This document shows positions 9,342 to 18,338 of a stretch of DNA of 64,000 bases, piece by piece; position 1 is the first letter of the stretch; each line of letters begins with the position of its first letter. A program made the translations under genes and the position numbers. A model generated the notes under the pieces. The model had not been told where the DNA came from. It did no database searches and saw only the letters and a program-made list of their open reading frames with translations. The stretch lies in NCBI GenBank assembly GCA_016214745.1, contig JACRNW010000016.1, positions 591-64,590 of the forward strand, read 5' to 3'. The DNA is from Candidatus Falkowbacteria bacterium. GTDB taxonomy: Bacteria > Patescibacteriota > Patescibacteriia > XYB2-FULL-38-15.

Positions 9342-10091
9342 ATGGAAACCAAACTGGTGGCCTTGACCATCTGTTTCGTGATCGGCGGATGCGGTCTGGA
9401 TACGGGCGGCATGGGCGAGCCGGACGACGGCGCTCTGCCCGACATCGTGGAAGAGGGCGAGCCGGACATCGGCCCGGACGAAGCCGCGACCGACGTTTCC
9501 GAAGCCGACCAAGAAGACGTGGCCGAGGATGCGGGCGAAGACGAAACGGCGGACGAGACCGAGCCCGACGAAGCATCTCCCGACGAGGCAGCCGAGGACG
9601 TCACAGACGTCCCCGACGAGACCGAGCCGGAAGACGCGGACGATGCGGCCGACGAAGCGGGCGATGAAGCAAGCGACGAAGGCGGCGAGACCGAGGACGG
9701 CGAACCCGACCCCTGCGCTCTGCCGGAAATCCCCGCCACGGGAATTTTCGTCTGGTACTGCTTCGACTACGACTTGTCCTCTCCGATGTCTCTCGAGTTC
9801 CAAGCCGAACGGGCCGGAATTCCAGTCGTGAGCTGGCGTGCTGCCCCTGGTTGCTCGACAACTCGCGGGCGGCGGCTTGAATGCACGCTCACGCCGACGG
9901 TGTGGGATGCCACCTACATCTTCAACATTCGGCTCGACCCGGGTGTTGGGATCGGGTGGTCCTGCGGGCCGGAACTTCTGGCCATCTGGGGTACGCCGCA
10001 TGTTTGGCTGGACGGAGTGGAGTTGACCGTCACATCAGTGACGAACGGCGACGGCGGCTGCAACCACAGCTTCCTGACACCCTCGCTGTAG
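9342..10091 (+). CDS. Acidic lipoprotein with a D/E-rich low-complexity region (GC-rich island 2)
   Basis: Signal peptide with lipobox (LTICFVIGGC), a long Asp/Glu-rich spacer, a C-terminal Cys-containing domain. RBS GAAAGGAAGGATATAGATG. ~68% GC. Confidence 0.6.
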   Translation: METKLVALTICFVIGGCGLDTGGMGEPDDGALPDIVEEGEPDIGPDEAATDVSEADQEDVAEDAGEDETADETEPDEASPDEAAEDVTDVPDETEPEDADDAADEAGDEASDEGGETEDGEPDPCALPEIPATGIFVWYCFDYDLSSPMSLEFQAERAGIPVVSWRAAPGCSTTRGRRLECTLTPTVWDATYIFNIRLDPGVGIGWSCGPELLAIWGTPHVWLDGVELTVTSVTNGDGGCNHSFLTPSL

Positions 10092-10118
10092 CCCAAGGAG
10101 GTCCTTCAGCGAACCACC

Positions 10119-10152
10119 GGCGGAAAGCCCCTGCTTTCCGCCGTATTTTTTT
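10119..10152 (+). terminator. Intrinsic terminator after the GC-rich lipoprotein
   Basis: GGCGGAAAGC ccct GCTTTCCGCC followed by T7. Confidence 0.8.
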
Positions 10153-10559
10153 ACTTAAAAACTGGACAAAACCGGCGAAACGTGATATAATATAATAATG
10201 TAAAAGAAAAATCTGGCTTTTTTACTTTTGTTAGCCGAAATTAAAAGGCAAACAAAGTAAAAAGAGGGGGACCTTTTATCAATCGTTCTTTTTAAAAATG
10301 CCTCGTCTTCCAGACGGGGAAAAATTAAAACAAAAACAAAAAATAAGGAGCCGTTGAGCTCTTTATTTTATTATTCCGCCGAAGGCGGAATGATAAAAAG
10401 ATACGTGAGCGAGCGGTAGCGAGCGAACTCCTCTCAAAAGAGGATTCCAAGGAGGTTACTCCTTTGGTCGGAGGACGGAACATATTTATCACCGCCCGAC
10501 GAAACCTCTTTATTTTGTTATGAGAAAATGTTAAGTTAATATCGTAACTTGCTCAGAGC

Positions 10560-10646
10560 GGAGGAGTGGCCGAGCGGTTGAAGGCGCGGGTCTCGAAAAC
10601 CCGTATACTGGAAACAGTATCGTGAGTTCGAATCTCACCTCCTCCG
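10560..10646 (+). tRNA. tRNA-Ser (anticodon CGA), class II with long variable arm; CCA not encoded
   Basis: Hand-folded cloverleaf. Acceptor GGAGGAG/CTCCTCC. Anticodon loop CTCGAAA (CGA). Long variable arm GTATACTGGAAACAGTATC. T-arm GTGAG TTCGAAT CTCAC. Discriminator G. Confidence 0.85.
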
Positions 10647-10689
10647 CTTTGGGCAGATTAAAAACTAATATCCCATCCATTTCGCCAGT

Positions 10690-11805
10690 ATGAAAATCCA
10701 CTCCTGGCATCTCATTATCGGTTCAATAATTTTATTTTTGTTTGATTTTTTAATTTTAGCCAATAAAACAATTTTCCCGAACCAACAGATGAAAGGAATT
10801 TCCACGGTTATCGCCCTTGCCTGCGCTCTGGTTTTTGTGACAGGAATTATGTGGGCTATATTTGAACCGATTGCCAAAAGAATAAAGTCGCGCCCGGCCG
10901 CCTCCGCCGCTCCCCCGATGATGGCGTCGGAGAAAAGCCGGCTTGCTTTGACCACGCTGGAAATTGTGTTTAATCGGCTTTTTGCGGTTTTGTTGGTTCT
11001 ATCCGCTGTCCCGCTTATTTTGAATCCACTGACCATTCCGACAATCATCATCTTTATAATTTTTGCCCTTTTTCTCTGGTTTAGCAAAAAATACCATCTG
11101 TCTGCCAATATTATTTTTTTAATTTTCGCTTTGGGCATTTATTTTATTCAAATTCCACCCATCGCCTGGGGAATTTTCCGCGGTTTAAAAGAGTTCCGGA
11201 TCGGCGGTTTTGACTTTCATCAATTTACCCTGCTCTTTTGCGTCGCACCACTTATTTTTATTTCTTTTTCAGTTAGAAATATTTTGGGCAATATTTTTGC
11301 TTACTTTAAAACCAACGTTTCGCGTAATGCTTTTTATTTGATTTCTCTATTTATTGTTTTTGTAACGCTCCCGGCTTATCCGTTATTGGACAGTATAAGA
11401 CTGCGCGACCGGACGAGGAACGTGAACACCGCAGTTGGCGGAGATTTGTCTCTCGTTTATACGCAGCAGTCACTTACTTTTATAGATCGTTATAATATGG
11501 CGGGAAATTTCACTTCAAATTTTGATTCCTCTACTAAAAAATACATTTACCATTTACAACTGCTTGAACCACTTAAAAAAGACATTCAATTTACGAAAGT
11601 TGAAACTGACGGAGAAAAAATTAATTTTACAACTGACAGCCGGATAGCATGTTCAAATTGTCAAAAGGATATGAGTGATCCGTACGGCCTAATTTTTCCA
11701 GCCGGTAAAGATATTGATTTTACTATTGTGAACGACTGGCTAATTAAGACCATCAATTTCACTGAGCCAGGAGATAAAGTAGACGAATTTATTTTTTGGA
11801 AATAA
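10690..11805 (+). CDS. Hypothetical polytopic membrane protein with a C-terminal soluble domain
   Basis: 371 aa, about 6 N-terminal TM helices. No recognisable family. Confidence 0.5.
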   Translation: MKIHSWHLIIGSIILFLFDFLILANKTIFPNQQMKGISTVIALACALVFVTGIMWAIFEPIAKRIKSRPAASAAPPMMASEKSRLALTTLEIVFNRLFAVLLVLSAVPLILNPLTIPTIIIFIIFALFLWFSKKYHLSANIIFLIFALGIYFIQIPPIAWGIFRGLKEFRIGGFDFHQFTLLFCVAPLIFISFSVRNILGNIFAYFKTNVSRNAFYLISLFIVFVTLPAYPLLDSIRLRDRTRNVNTAVGGDLSLVYTQQSLTFIDRYNMAGNFTSNFDSSTKKYIYHLQLLEPLKKDIQFTKVETDGEKINFTTDSRIACSNCQKDMSDPYGLIFPAGKDIDFTIVNDWLIKTINFTEPGDKVDEFIFWK

Positions 11806-11815
11806 ATTTTCTAAT

Positions 11816-12151
11816 ATGAAATTTCTGTTGTCAATAAATTATATTGTTTGGCTGATAATCTCCGCTCTGTTTTTCGCGGTTGGAGATTTTTTATCAAAAA
11901 AATTTGCCCTGAACCCGAAAATAATCTACGTGGTTTTTGTTCTTCTGGCTTATTCTCTATGTTCTCTTACGTGGCTACCGGCAATCCTGCAAAAAAATCA
12001 GTTATCAATTGTCGGAACTATCTGGTCTGTCATGACTCTTATAGTCACAATCGCCATCGGAGTTATAATTTTTAATGAGGAATTGAGCGCTGTCGGCGTC
12101 ATCGGTATAATTGTGGCTTTTATTTCTATAATTCTATTATCGCTCGCGTAA
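11816..12151 (+). CDS. 4-TM small transporter, SMR/EamA-like (DMT superfamily) fold
   Basis: 111 aa with four hydrophobic helices. Size and topology match SMR/ArnE-like half transporters. Confidence 0.45.
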   Translation: MKFLLSINYIVWLIISALFFAVGDFLSKKFALNPKIIYVVFVLLAYSLCSLTWLPAILQKNQLSIVGTIWSVMTLIVTIAIGVIIFNEELSAVGVIGIIVAFISIILLSLA

Positions 12152-12162
12152 AGACTAAACAG

Positions 12163-12191
12163 TTGACAAAATCATTTTTCTATATTATAAT
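12163..12191 (+). promoter_or_regulatory. Sigma70-type promoter (TTGACA-17-TATAAT) ~185 nt upstream of typA
   Basis: Perfect -35 and -10 hexamers with a 17-nt spacer, read directly. Confidence 0.6.
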
Positions 12192-12377
12192 TCAAGATTG
12201 AAGAAATTAATTTTCTGCTTTCCGGCGGATTTTTTGTTTAAGTACTTTGAGTTACAAAATATCAATTTCCGCGTTCTTCTTCGTTGTCTTCTGCGTACTT
12301 CTGCGGGACGCCCCGCCGAAAGACGCCGGTTGATATCGCCGAAAAACGCTGAATAAAAAATATAAGTCAAGGTAAAT

Positions 12378-14189
12378 ATGAATAACATAAGAAACGTTGC
12401 TATTATTGCGCACGTTGACCACGGAAAAACAACCCTGGTTGACGCGCTGCTCCATCAGTCGTCCACCAATGTCGGTAAAGATAATATCGGCAGGATTTGT
12501 ATTATGGATTCAAACGAATTGGAGCGTGAACGCGGCATCACTATTTTTTCCAAAAACGCGTCGGTGCAATGGAATGATACAAAAATAAATATTATTGATA
12601 CTCCCGGCCACGCTGATTTTGGCGGCGAAGTGGAACGAGTTTTGAATATGGCCGACGGCTGCCTCCTGCTCGTTGACGCTAAAGAAGGGCCGATGCCGCA
12701 AACAAGATTCGTTTTAAAAAAAGCCCTGGAGCTTGGCCACAAAATTATTGTCGTCATTAATAAAATTGACAAACCGCATGCCCGGCCGGATTTTGCTTTG
12801 GACAAAACCTTTGACCTCTTTGTTGAACTCGGCGCCTCGGATGAGGCTTTGGATTTTCCGGTGATTTACGCTTCGGCAAAACTTGGTTTGGCCGACGAAG
12901 AGCCAGATCTTTCCAAAATGAAAGATATTACTCCAATCTTTGAAACAATCTTAAGATATATACCGTCTCCGCAGGGCGATTCAAACGCACCGCTCCAAAT
13001 GCTTGTCGCCAATATTTCTGGTGACACTTTTAAAGGAAGAATCGGCATCGGTCGAGTTTATAACGGCACACTAAAAGTTGGCCAAGAAATCGCACATATC
13101 AATCGCCTGGGGCAGATGGCAAAATATCGGCTGGTTTCACTTATGACTTTTTGCGGATTGGAAAGAGTGGAGGCGAAAGAAGTCGCGGCCGGCGATATCG
13201 CGGCAATTTCGGGCGTGCCGAACCTCACTATCGGCGAAACAATCGCTGACGCAGAAAATCCTAAAGCTTTGCCGGTTTTGAATATTGAAGAGCCGACCGT
13301 TAAAATGACTTTCACTATTAATGATTCTCCTTTTGCCGGGAAAGAAGGACAATTTACCACTTCGCGCCAAATCCAAGAACGTCTGCAAAAAGAACTGGAA
13401 AACGACATGGCCTTGAAAGTTACGGATGCGGAAGGCGGCGGCTGGATTGTTTCCGGACGCGGCGAATTGCATCTATCAATTTTGATTGAAAGAATGCGCC
13501 GCGAAGGTTTTGAGCTTCAAGTTTCCCGGCCGAAAGTTATTGAAAAAGAAATTGACGGAAAAAGAATGACGCCTTACGAACGCGTCTTTGTTGAAGTGCC
13601 TGAAGCGCACTCCGGAATTGTTATCCAAAAACTTGGCAGCCGCAAAGGCGAATTGAAAGACATGAAAACCGTTGACGGAATAACTTACTTGGAATTTTTA
13701 ATTCCGACCCGCGGTCTTTTTGGTTATCGCAGTGAATTTTTAACTGACACGCGCGGACTTGGCATTATAAATACAAATTTTGCCGAATATCTTCCTGATC
13801 CGGGCAATTGGCGCGAACGCGAACAAGGCTCACTTGTGGCACATGAAACAGGAACAACCAATCTTTATGGCATGATAAATGTTCAAGACCGCGGTGTTTT
13901 CTTTATCGGTCCGGCGATAAAAGTTTATGAGGGACAAGTTGTCGGACAAAACGCCCGCAGCGGCGATATCCGCGTGAACGTTTGTAAGGCCAAGGAACTT
14001 TCTAACATGCGCTCCAAGGGCGACGGTTCAGCTGAACACTTTAACGCGCCGAAAACCATGGACCTTGAAGACGCGCTGGAATACATCGGTGATGACGAAC
14101 TGGTTGAAGTCACGCCGGAAAACGTTCGTATCAGAAAAATTTATCTTGACGAAATCACGGCGAAAAGAATGGCCAGGGCAAACCGATAA
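12378..14189 (+). CDS. typA: Translational GTPase TypA/BipA
   Basis: AIIAHVDHGKTTLVD, DTPGHADF, NKIDK and 603 aa length, as in TypA. Confidence 0.95.
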   Translation: MNNIRNVAIIAHVDHGKTTLVDALLHQSSTNVGKDNIGRICIMDSNELERERGITIFSKNASVQWNDTKINIIDTPGHADFGGEVERVLNMADGCLLLVDAKEGPMPQTRFVLKKALELGHKIIVVINKIDKPHARPDFALDKTFDLFVELGASDEALDFPVIYASAKLGLADEEPDLSKMKDITPIFETILRYIPSPQGDSNAPLQMLVANISGDTFKGRIGIGRVYNGTLKVGQEIAHINRLGQMAKYRLVSLMTFCGLERVEAKEVAAGDIAAISGVPNLTIGETIADAENPKALPVLNIEEPTVKMTFTINDSPFAGKEGQFTTSRQIQERLQKELENDMALKVTDAEGGGWIVSGRGELHLSILIERMRREGFELQVSRPKVIEKEIDGKRMTPYERVFVEVPEAHSGIVIQKLGSRKGELKDMKTVDGITYLEFLIPTRGLFGYRSEFLTDTRGLGIINTNFAEYLPDPGNWREREQGSLVAHETGTTNLYGMINVQDRGVFFIGPAIKVYEGQVVGQNARSGDIRVNVCKAKELSNMRSKGDGSAEHFNAPKTMDLEDALEYIGDDELVEVTPENVRIRKIYLDEITAKRMARANR

Positions 14190-14204
14190 TAACTTTCAAA
14201 AACA

Positions 14205-14236
14205 AAACTCCGCGGCAAAAGTCGCGGAGTTTTTTA
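14205..14236. terminator. Bidirectional intrinsic terminator
   Basis: AAAACTCCGCG gcaaaagt CGCGGAGTTTTTT. Confidence 0.8.
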
Positions 14237-14248
14237 ATTTTTTGTTTT

Positions 14249-14611
14249 TTAGAACTTGAACATGTCGGCGAATTTTCCAACCAAAGGAACTGGCTCCTGT
14301 TTGCCGCCCGCGGCGTTCACAATGCCCAAAATCACAAGCACAAAGAGACCGAGCTGCAATAATCTGATAATCCAATAAAAACTAAACCACCAATACCACG
14401 GAATCAGCATACCAATAATCCAAATAATCACGCCAAGGCAAAAAAGTACCAAGCCCTGTTTTACGTGATATTTTACAAACGGATCTTTGTGCGCGCCAGT
14501 TAAAAGCGGGATGAAAAACAAGATGTAGGCGATAATCGCCATGCCCGTGTTTTTTTCTCCGCCCGCCGGGTTTGGTGCTCCAGCCGGTGTCTGCGGTTTT
14601 TGTTCGTCCAT
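14249..14611 (-). CDS. Small membrane protein, DUF4870-like
   Basis: 120 aa with about 3 TM helices. Pattern (AYILFFIPLL...HVKQGLVLF) resembles DUF4870. Confidence 0.45.
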   Translation of the reverse strand: MDEQKPQTPAGAPNPAGGEKNTGMAIIAYILFFIPLLTGAHKDPFVKYHVKQGLVLFCLGVIIWIIGMLIPWYWWFSFYWIIRLLQLGLFVLVILGIVNAAGGKQEPVPLVGKFADMFKF

Positions 14612-14641
14612 AATTTTTAAATTAATTCGAAAAATTTAATT

Positions 14642-15274
14642 CTATTGTACGGCTCCTTCTCCAGTGGCCTCCACGGTAAAAATAACAACCACAATTTCCT
14701 GCCCGCCGGATTCATAGGTCACGGTGTATTGCGAGTTGCCTTTACTTAACATCAAAGATGCCTCGCTCCCGCTGACTCCGCTTGTAATAACAGTAAACCC
14801 GCGAGATGTGAACGCCGAACTTAATTTATTAAGATCGCTGGCCGTAGCGCCTCTCTTAATCGTAAATTGAACCATGCCCGAATCTTCACCCATTCCAAGA
14901 TAATTATTTAAGTAACTTGATAATTTAATGTCTCCAAAAACTTCACTAATAATCGGTCCGATGTCGTTTTTTGCCTTTGTAACAAAAGGGATATCGGCCT
15001 GAAGTTCTTCGGTCGCGTTAAATTTTTCTTCCGGCGTCTGTTCTCTCTCTTCTCCGCCTCCGGTAACTCCCGCTCCCGCGCCACCTAATCCTTGAAGTTG
15101 TTTGGCATAATCCTCTGCCTCTTTACCGGATAATCCTCCGAGCGTAGCCCAACCTCTTAATAATTGTTCGGCTGCCCGCTCCGCTTGCCAGCGTTGCCAC
15201 ATCCAGTATCCGCCGGCCAAAACCGCCACGGCCAAAACGACGATGACTGGGATAAGAGCCTTGTTTTTATTCAT
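14642..15274 (-). CDS. Hypothetical membrane-anchored protein
   Basis: N-terminal TM helix then a soluble domain. No recognisable family. Confidence 0.45.
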   Translation of the reverse strand: MNKNKALIPVIVVLAVAVLAGGYWMWQRWQAERAAEQLLRGWATLGGLSGKEAEDYAKQLQGLGGAGAGVTGGGEEREQTPEEKFNATEELQADIPFVTKAKNDIGPIISEVFGDIKLSSYLNNYLGMGEDSGMVQFTIKRGATASDLNKLSSAFTSRGFTVITSGVSGSEASLMLSKGNSQYTVTYESGGQEIVVVIFTVEATGEGAVQ

Positions 15275-15436
15275 AATTTTTCAATTTTACCTCGAAACAA
15301 AATCCGAGGTGTGTTAATAAGTTTTCTTTGTTTAATTATATCAAAATATAAAAGAAAAAACCATCAACCCGCATTCTCTTGACTACTATTCTGTGCTATA
15401 ATGGATTTAAGTTAATTGTTAACTGTCAACCGTTAA

Positions 15437-16321
15437 TTGTCACAATTTATGACTCAAAAAATTCGCAAAGTTATCATCCCGGTGGCCGGTTACGGCACAA
15501 GATTTCTCCCGGCAACCAAAGCTCAGCCAAAAGAAATGCTGCCGATCGTTGATAAACCGGTCATTCAATATATTGTTGAAGAAGCCGTCGCTTCGGGCAT
15601 TACTGACGTAATCTTGGTAACCGGCGCTTCCAAACGCGCCGTGGAAGATCATTTTGATTACAATTTTGAATTGCAAAATTGGCTTAAAAAACAAGGCAAG
15701 GAAGAAATCCGCCAGGAATTAAAAAATATCGCTGACATGGCGAATTTTATTTATATCAGACAAAAAGGCCCGTACGGCAACGCCACGCCGGTTATGAATT
15801 GTCAGCAAGTCGTCGGCAATGAACCGTTTGCCGTTCTCTCGGGTGATGATTTGATTGTAAATGGAACAAAACCGCGCTTGAAACAATTAATTGAGGCTTA
15901 TGAAAAATATGGTGATCCGGTGATTACGGCCATTAAAGTCACCAAAGAAGAAACTAGAAAATACGGCATGCTTGATGCGCAAAAAATAGAAAAAAATATT
16001 TATCAGGTCAAAAAAATCGTGGAAAAGCCCGGGCCGGAAAAAGCGCCCTCGCTTCTTGCCACGCTTTACGGCTATGTTCTAACACCGGACATTTTTGATG
16101 AACTGGAGAAATTAAAACCCGGCGCCGGCGGAGAATTATGGCTGCCGGAAGCCATCGCCGAACTTCTTAAAAAACGTCCCATTTACGCTTCCGAAGTTGA
16201 CGGCACTTATTATGATGCTGGATCAAAAATCGGTTGGCTCAAGGCCAATGTTGACCTCGCCCTGCAACGACCAGATCTAAAGCCAAGTTTTTCCAAATAT
16301 TTGAAAAAATTAAAAATATAA
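15437..16321 (+). CDS. galU: UTP--glucose-1-phosphate uridylyltransferase
   Basis: [31 protein letters not shown], the canonical GalU N-terminus. Confidence 0.9.
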   Translation: [294 protein letters not shown]

Positions 16322-16323
16322 AT

Positions 16324-16432
16324 CTACAAATTACAAATTTAGTACAAATGTACAAATTTTGATAAATATTTATTAACAGATAAAACCGCTTAGTGATTAT
16401 TTGTATATTTGTAAATGATTTGTAATTCGTAG
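16324..16432. mobile_element. MITE-like element, copy A: ~35-nt terminal inverted repeats (CTACAAATTACAAAT..TACAAAT[A/G]TACAAAT) around a ~40-nt spacer
   Basis: Left arm 16324-16358, right arm 16398-16432 in inverted orientation. Near-identical copy at 51650-51757. Confidence 0.55.
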
Positions 16433-16438
16433 TAATTT

Positions 16439-17833
16439 ATGAACAAAAAAACTTTAGCTGTTTTTCTTCTTCTCGCTTTCATTATTACCGCTGGTCCAAT
16501 CTGTAAAGGCACGCCGGTGGCGGTTCAAGAAGCGATGAAGCCCGTCAGCCTCACTTATTGGCGAGTTTTTGACGATCAAGATGCTTTTGATGAAATCATC
16601 GCTGCCTACAAAGCAATCCACCCGAATGTTTCCGTCACTTATCGCAAACTTCGCATGGAAGAATATGAAGAAACTCTTCTAAACGCTTTGGCTGAAGATC
16701 GCGGACCAGATTTATTTTCCGTTCCCAATACTTGGGTTCGCGAATATCAGACAAAAATTCTGCCAATGCCAAAATCTATCACTCTGCCTTACCAGGTAAC
16801 AACGGGCACAATCAAAAAAGAAACAACAGTTGAACTTCGAACAACCGCGACTCTTTCTCTCCGGGCCCTCCGGACTGATTTTATGGATCAAGTGGCAAAA
16901 GATGTTGTATTAAAATACCAAGCCAATCCGGAACAGCCGGCCGAAGATAGAATTTATGGTTTGCCGCTTTATCTTGATACCTTGGCGCTTTTTTACAATC
17001 GCGATACTTTAAACGCCGCGGGCATTCCCGAACCGCCCCGGAGCTGGACCGAATTTCAAGAAGACGTAAAAAAAATTGCTAAAATTGACAAACAAGGAAA
17101 TATTTTACAATCCGGTGCGGCGATTGGCACGGGCACAAACGTTGAACGAGCCCCGGACATTCTTTCACTTTTAATGATGCAAAACGGCACGGCCATGACC
17201 GATGAGGCCGGCAATGCCACTTTCGCCAACATGCCCCCCGGCTCTACTCTTACAAATCCTCCCGGCGAAGACGCTTTAGGTTTCTACACCGACTTTGCTT
17301 CGCCTTACAAAGAAGTCTACACCTGGAACGGCAACATGCCAGATTCACTTGAAGCTTTTAGCACGGGGCGAGCGGCTTTTTTCTTCGGCTATTCTTACCA
17401 CATTCCTCAAATTAAAAATCTCGCGCCCAAATTAAATTTTGCCATTGCTAAAATTCCGCAAATTGAGGGCAACCAGGAAATAAATTTTACCAATTATTGG
17501 GTGGAAACGGTTTCTGAAAAAACAAAAAATCAAAATGAGGCCTGGGATTTTCTCCAGTTCGCCGCCAAAGCGGAAAACGCTGAAAAATATTTAGCAAAAA
17601 CCAAAAAACCGACCGCTCTTCGTTCGCTTGTGGCAAGCCAAGCGGAAGATCTTGATCTTGCCGTCTTTGCTTCAGAACTTTTAACGGCCAAATCCTGGTA
17701 TCAGGGCATGGACGCGCCGGCCATGGAAAAAATCTTTAACGAGATGATTGAAAATGTGGTAGCCGGCACGCAAACCCTGAAAGAAGCGATTGGTTTAGCC
17801 CAAGGAAGAGTTAACCAGACTATTCGGCAATAA
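16439..17833 (+). CDS. Extracellular solute-binding protein (ABC-type, sugar family 1-like), secreted
   Basis: Signal peptide. 464 aa with SBP_bac_1-like composition and motifs. No adjacent permease or ATPase. Confidence 0.7.
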   Translation: MNKKTLAVFLLLAFIITAGPICKGTPVAVQEAMKPVSLTYWRVFDDQDAFDEIIAAYKAIHPNVSVTYRKLRMEEYEETLLNALAEDRGPDLFSVPNTWVREYQTKILPMPKSITLPYQVTTGTIKKETTVELRTTATLSLRALRTDFMDQVAKDVVLKYQANPEQPAEDRIYGLPLYLDTLALFYNRDTLNAAGIPEPPRSWTEFQEDVKKIAKIDKQGNILQSGAAIGTGTNVERAPDILSLLMMQNGTAMTDEAGNATFANMPPGSTLTNPPGEDALGFYTDFASPYKEVYTWNGNMPDSLEAFSTGRAAFFFGYSYHIPQIKNLAPKLNFAIAKIPQIEGNQEINFTNYWVETVSEKTKNQNEAWDFLQFAAKAENAEKYLAKTKKPTALRSLVASQAEDLDLAVFASELLTAKSWYQGMDAPAMEKIFNEMIENVVAGTQTLKEAIGLAQGRVNQTIRQ

Positions 17834-17875
17834 AGTTATTAGATATTGGAGATTAGATATTAGAAATTATAAAAT

Positions 17876-18328
17876 ATGTTTTTAAAACACAAAAAATTGA
17901 TTTTAATTATCGTCGTGGGTCTTGGGTTAGCCGTTGCTCTGCCGACTCTCGCTTCCTGGCCGGCCACGCCGCTCCTCCCTCCCTGCACTTCAAGCGGCGA
18001 TTGTGGTTTTAATGATTTTATTTTGCTCGGCATCAATTTAACTAAAATGATTTTGGGCCTGGTCGGGTCGCTTACTCTGCTTTTCTTTATTTACGGCGGC
18101 GTAATGTTTTTGCTCGCCGGCGGAAAATCGGAAATGATTGATAAAGGGAAAAAAATTATTACGAACGCCGTGATCGGCGTAGCCATAGTGCTCGGCGCCT
18201 GGATAATCGTGAACTTTGCCATTGCGGCTTTGACCGGCACGCCGGTTAGCAATGTTAAAATTTTTGGTACGGAAGATTGGTGGAAAACTCCCGGAGAGGA
18301 AACAACTAATACCAATAGCGGAACTTAA
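17876..18328 (+). CDS. VirB2/TrbC-like (T4SS-pilin-like) small membrane protein, paralog 1
   Basis: Signal peptide, then two hydrophobic helices separated by a short polar loop (YGGVMFLLAGGKSEMIDKGKKIITNAVIGV...). Shares the core with the eight downstream paralogs. Confidence 0.6.
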   Translation: MFLKHKKLILIIVVGLGLAVALPTLASWPATPLLPPCTSSGDCGFNDFILLGINLTKMILGLVGSLTLLFFIYGGVMFLLAGGKSEMIDKGKKIITNAVIGVAIVLGAWIIVNFAIAALTGTPVSNVKIFGTEDWWKTPGEETTNTNSGT

Positions 18329-18338
18329 AAAAATAAAT

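Noticed and set aside
9249-10001. Long Arg/Pro-rich ORFs on both strands overlapping the GC-rich lipoprotein gene. Similar ORFs occur in 600-2400, 22650-23700, 53965-54600 and 61672-62862.
   Set aside because: These are typical spurious open frames produced by high-GC sequence. They lack start-site signals and have extreme R/P/G composition. The RBS-bearing frame with a recognisable signal peptide or known domain was preferred.
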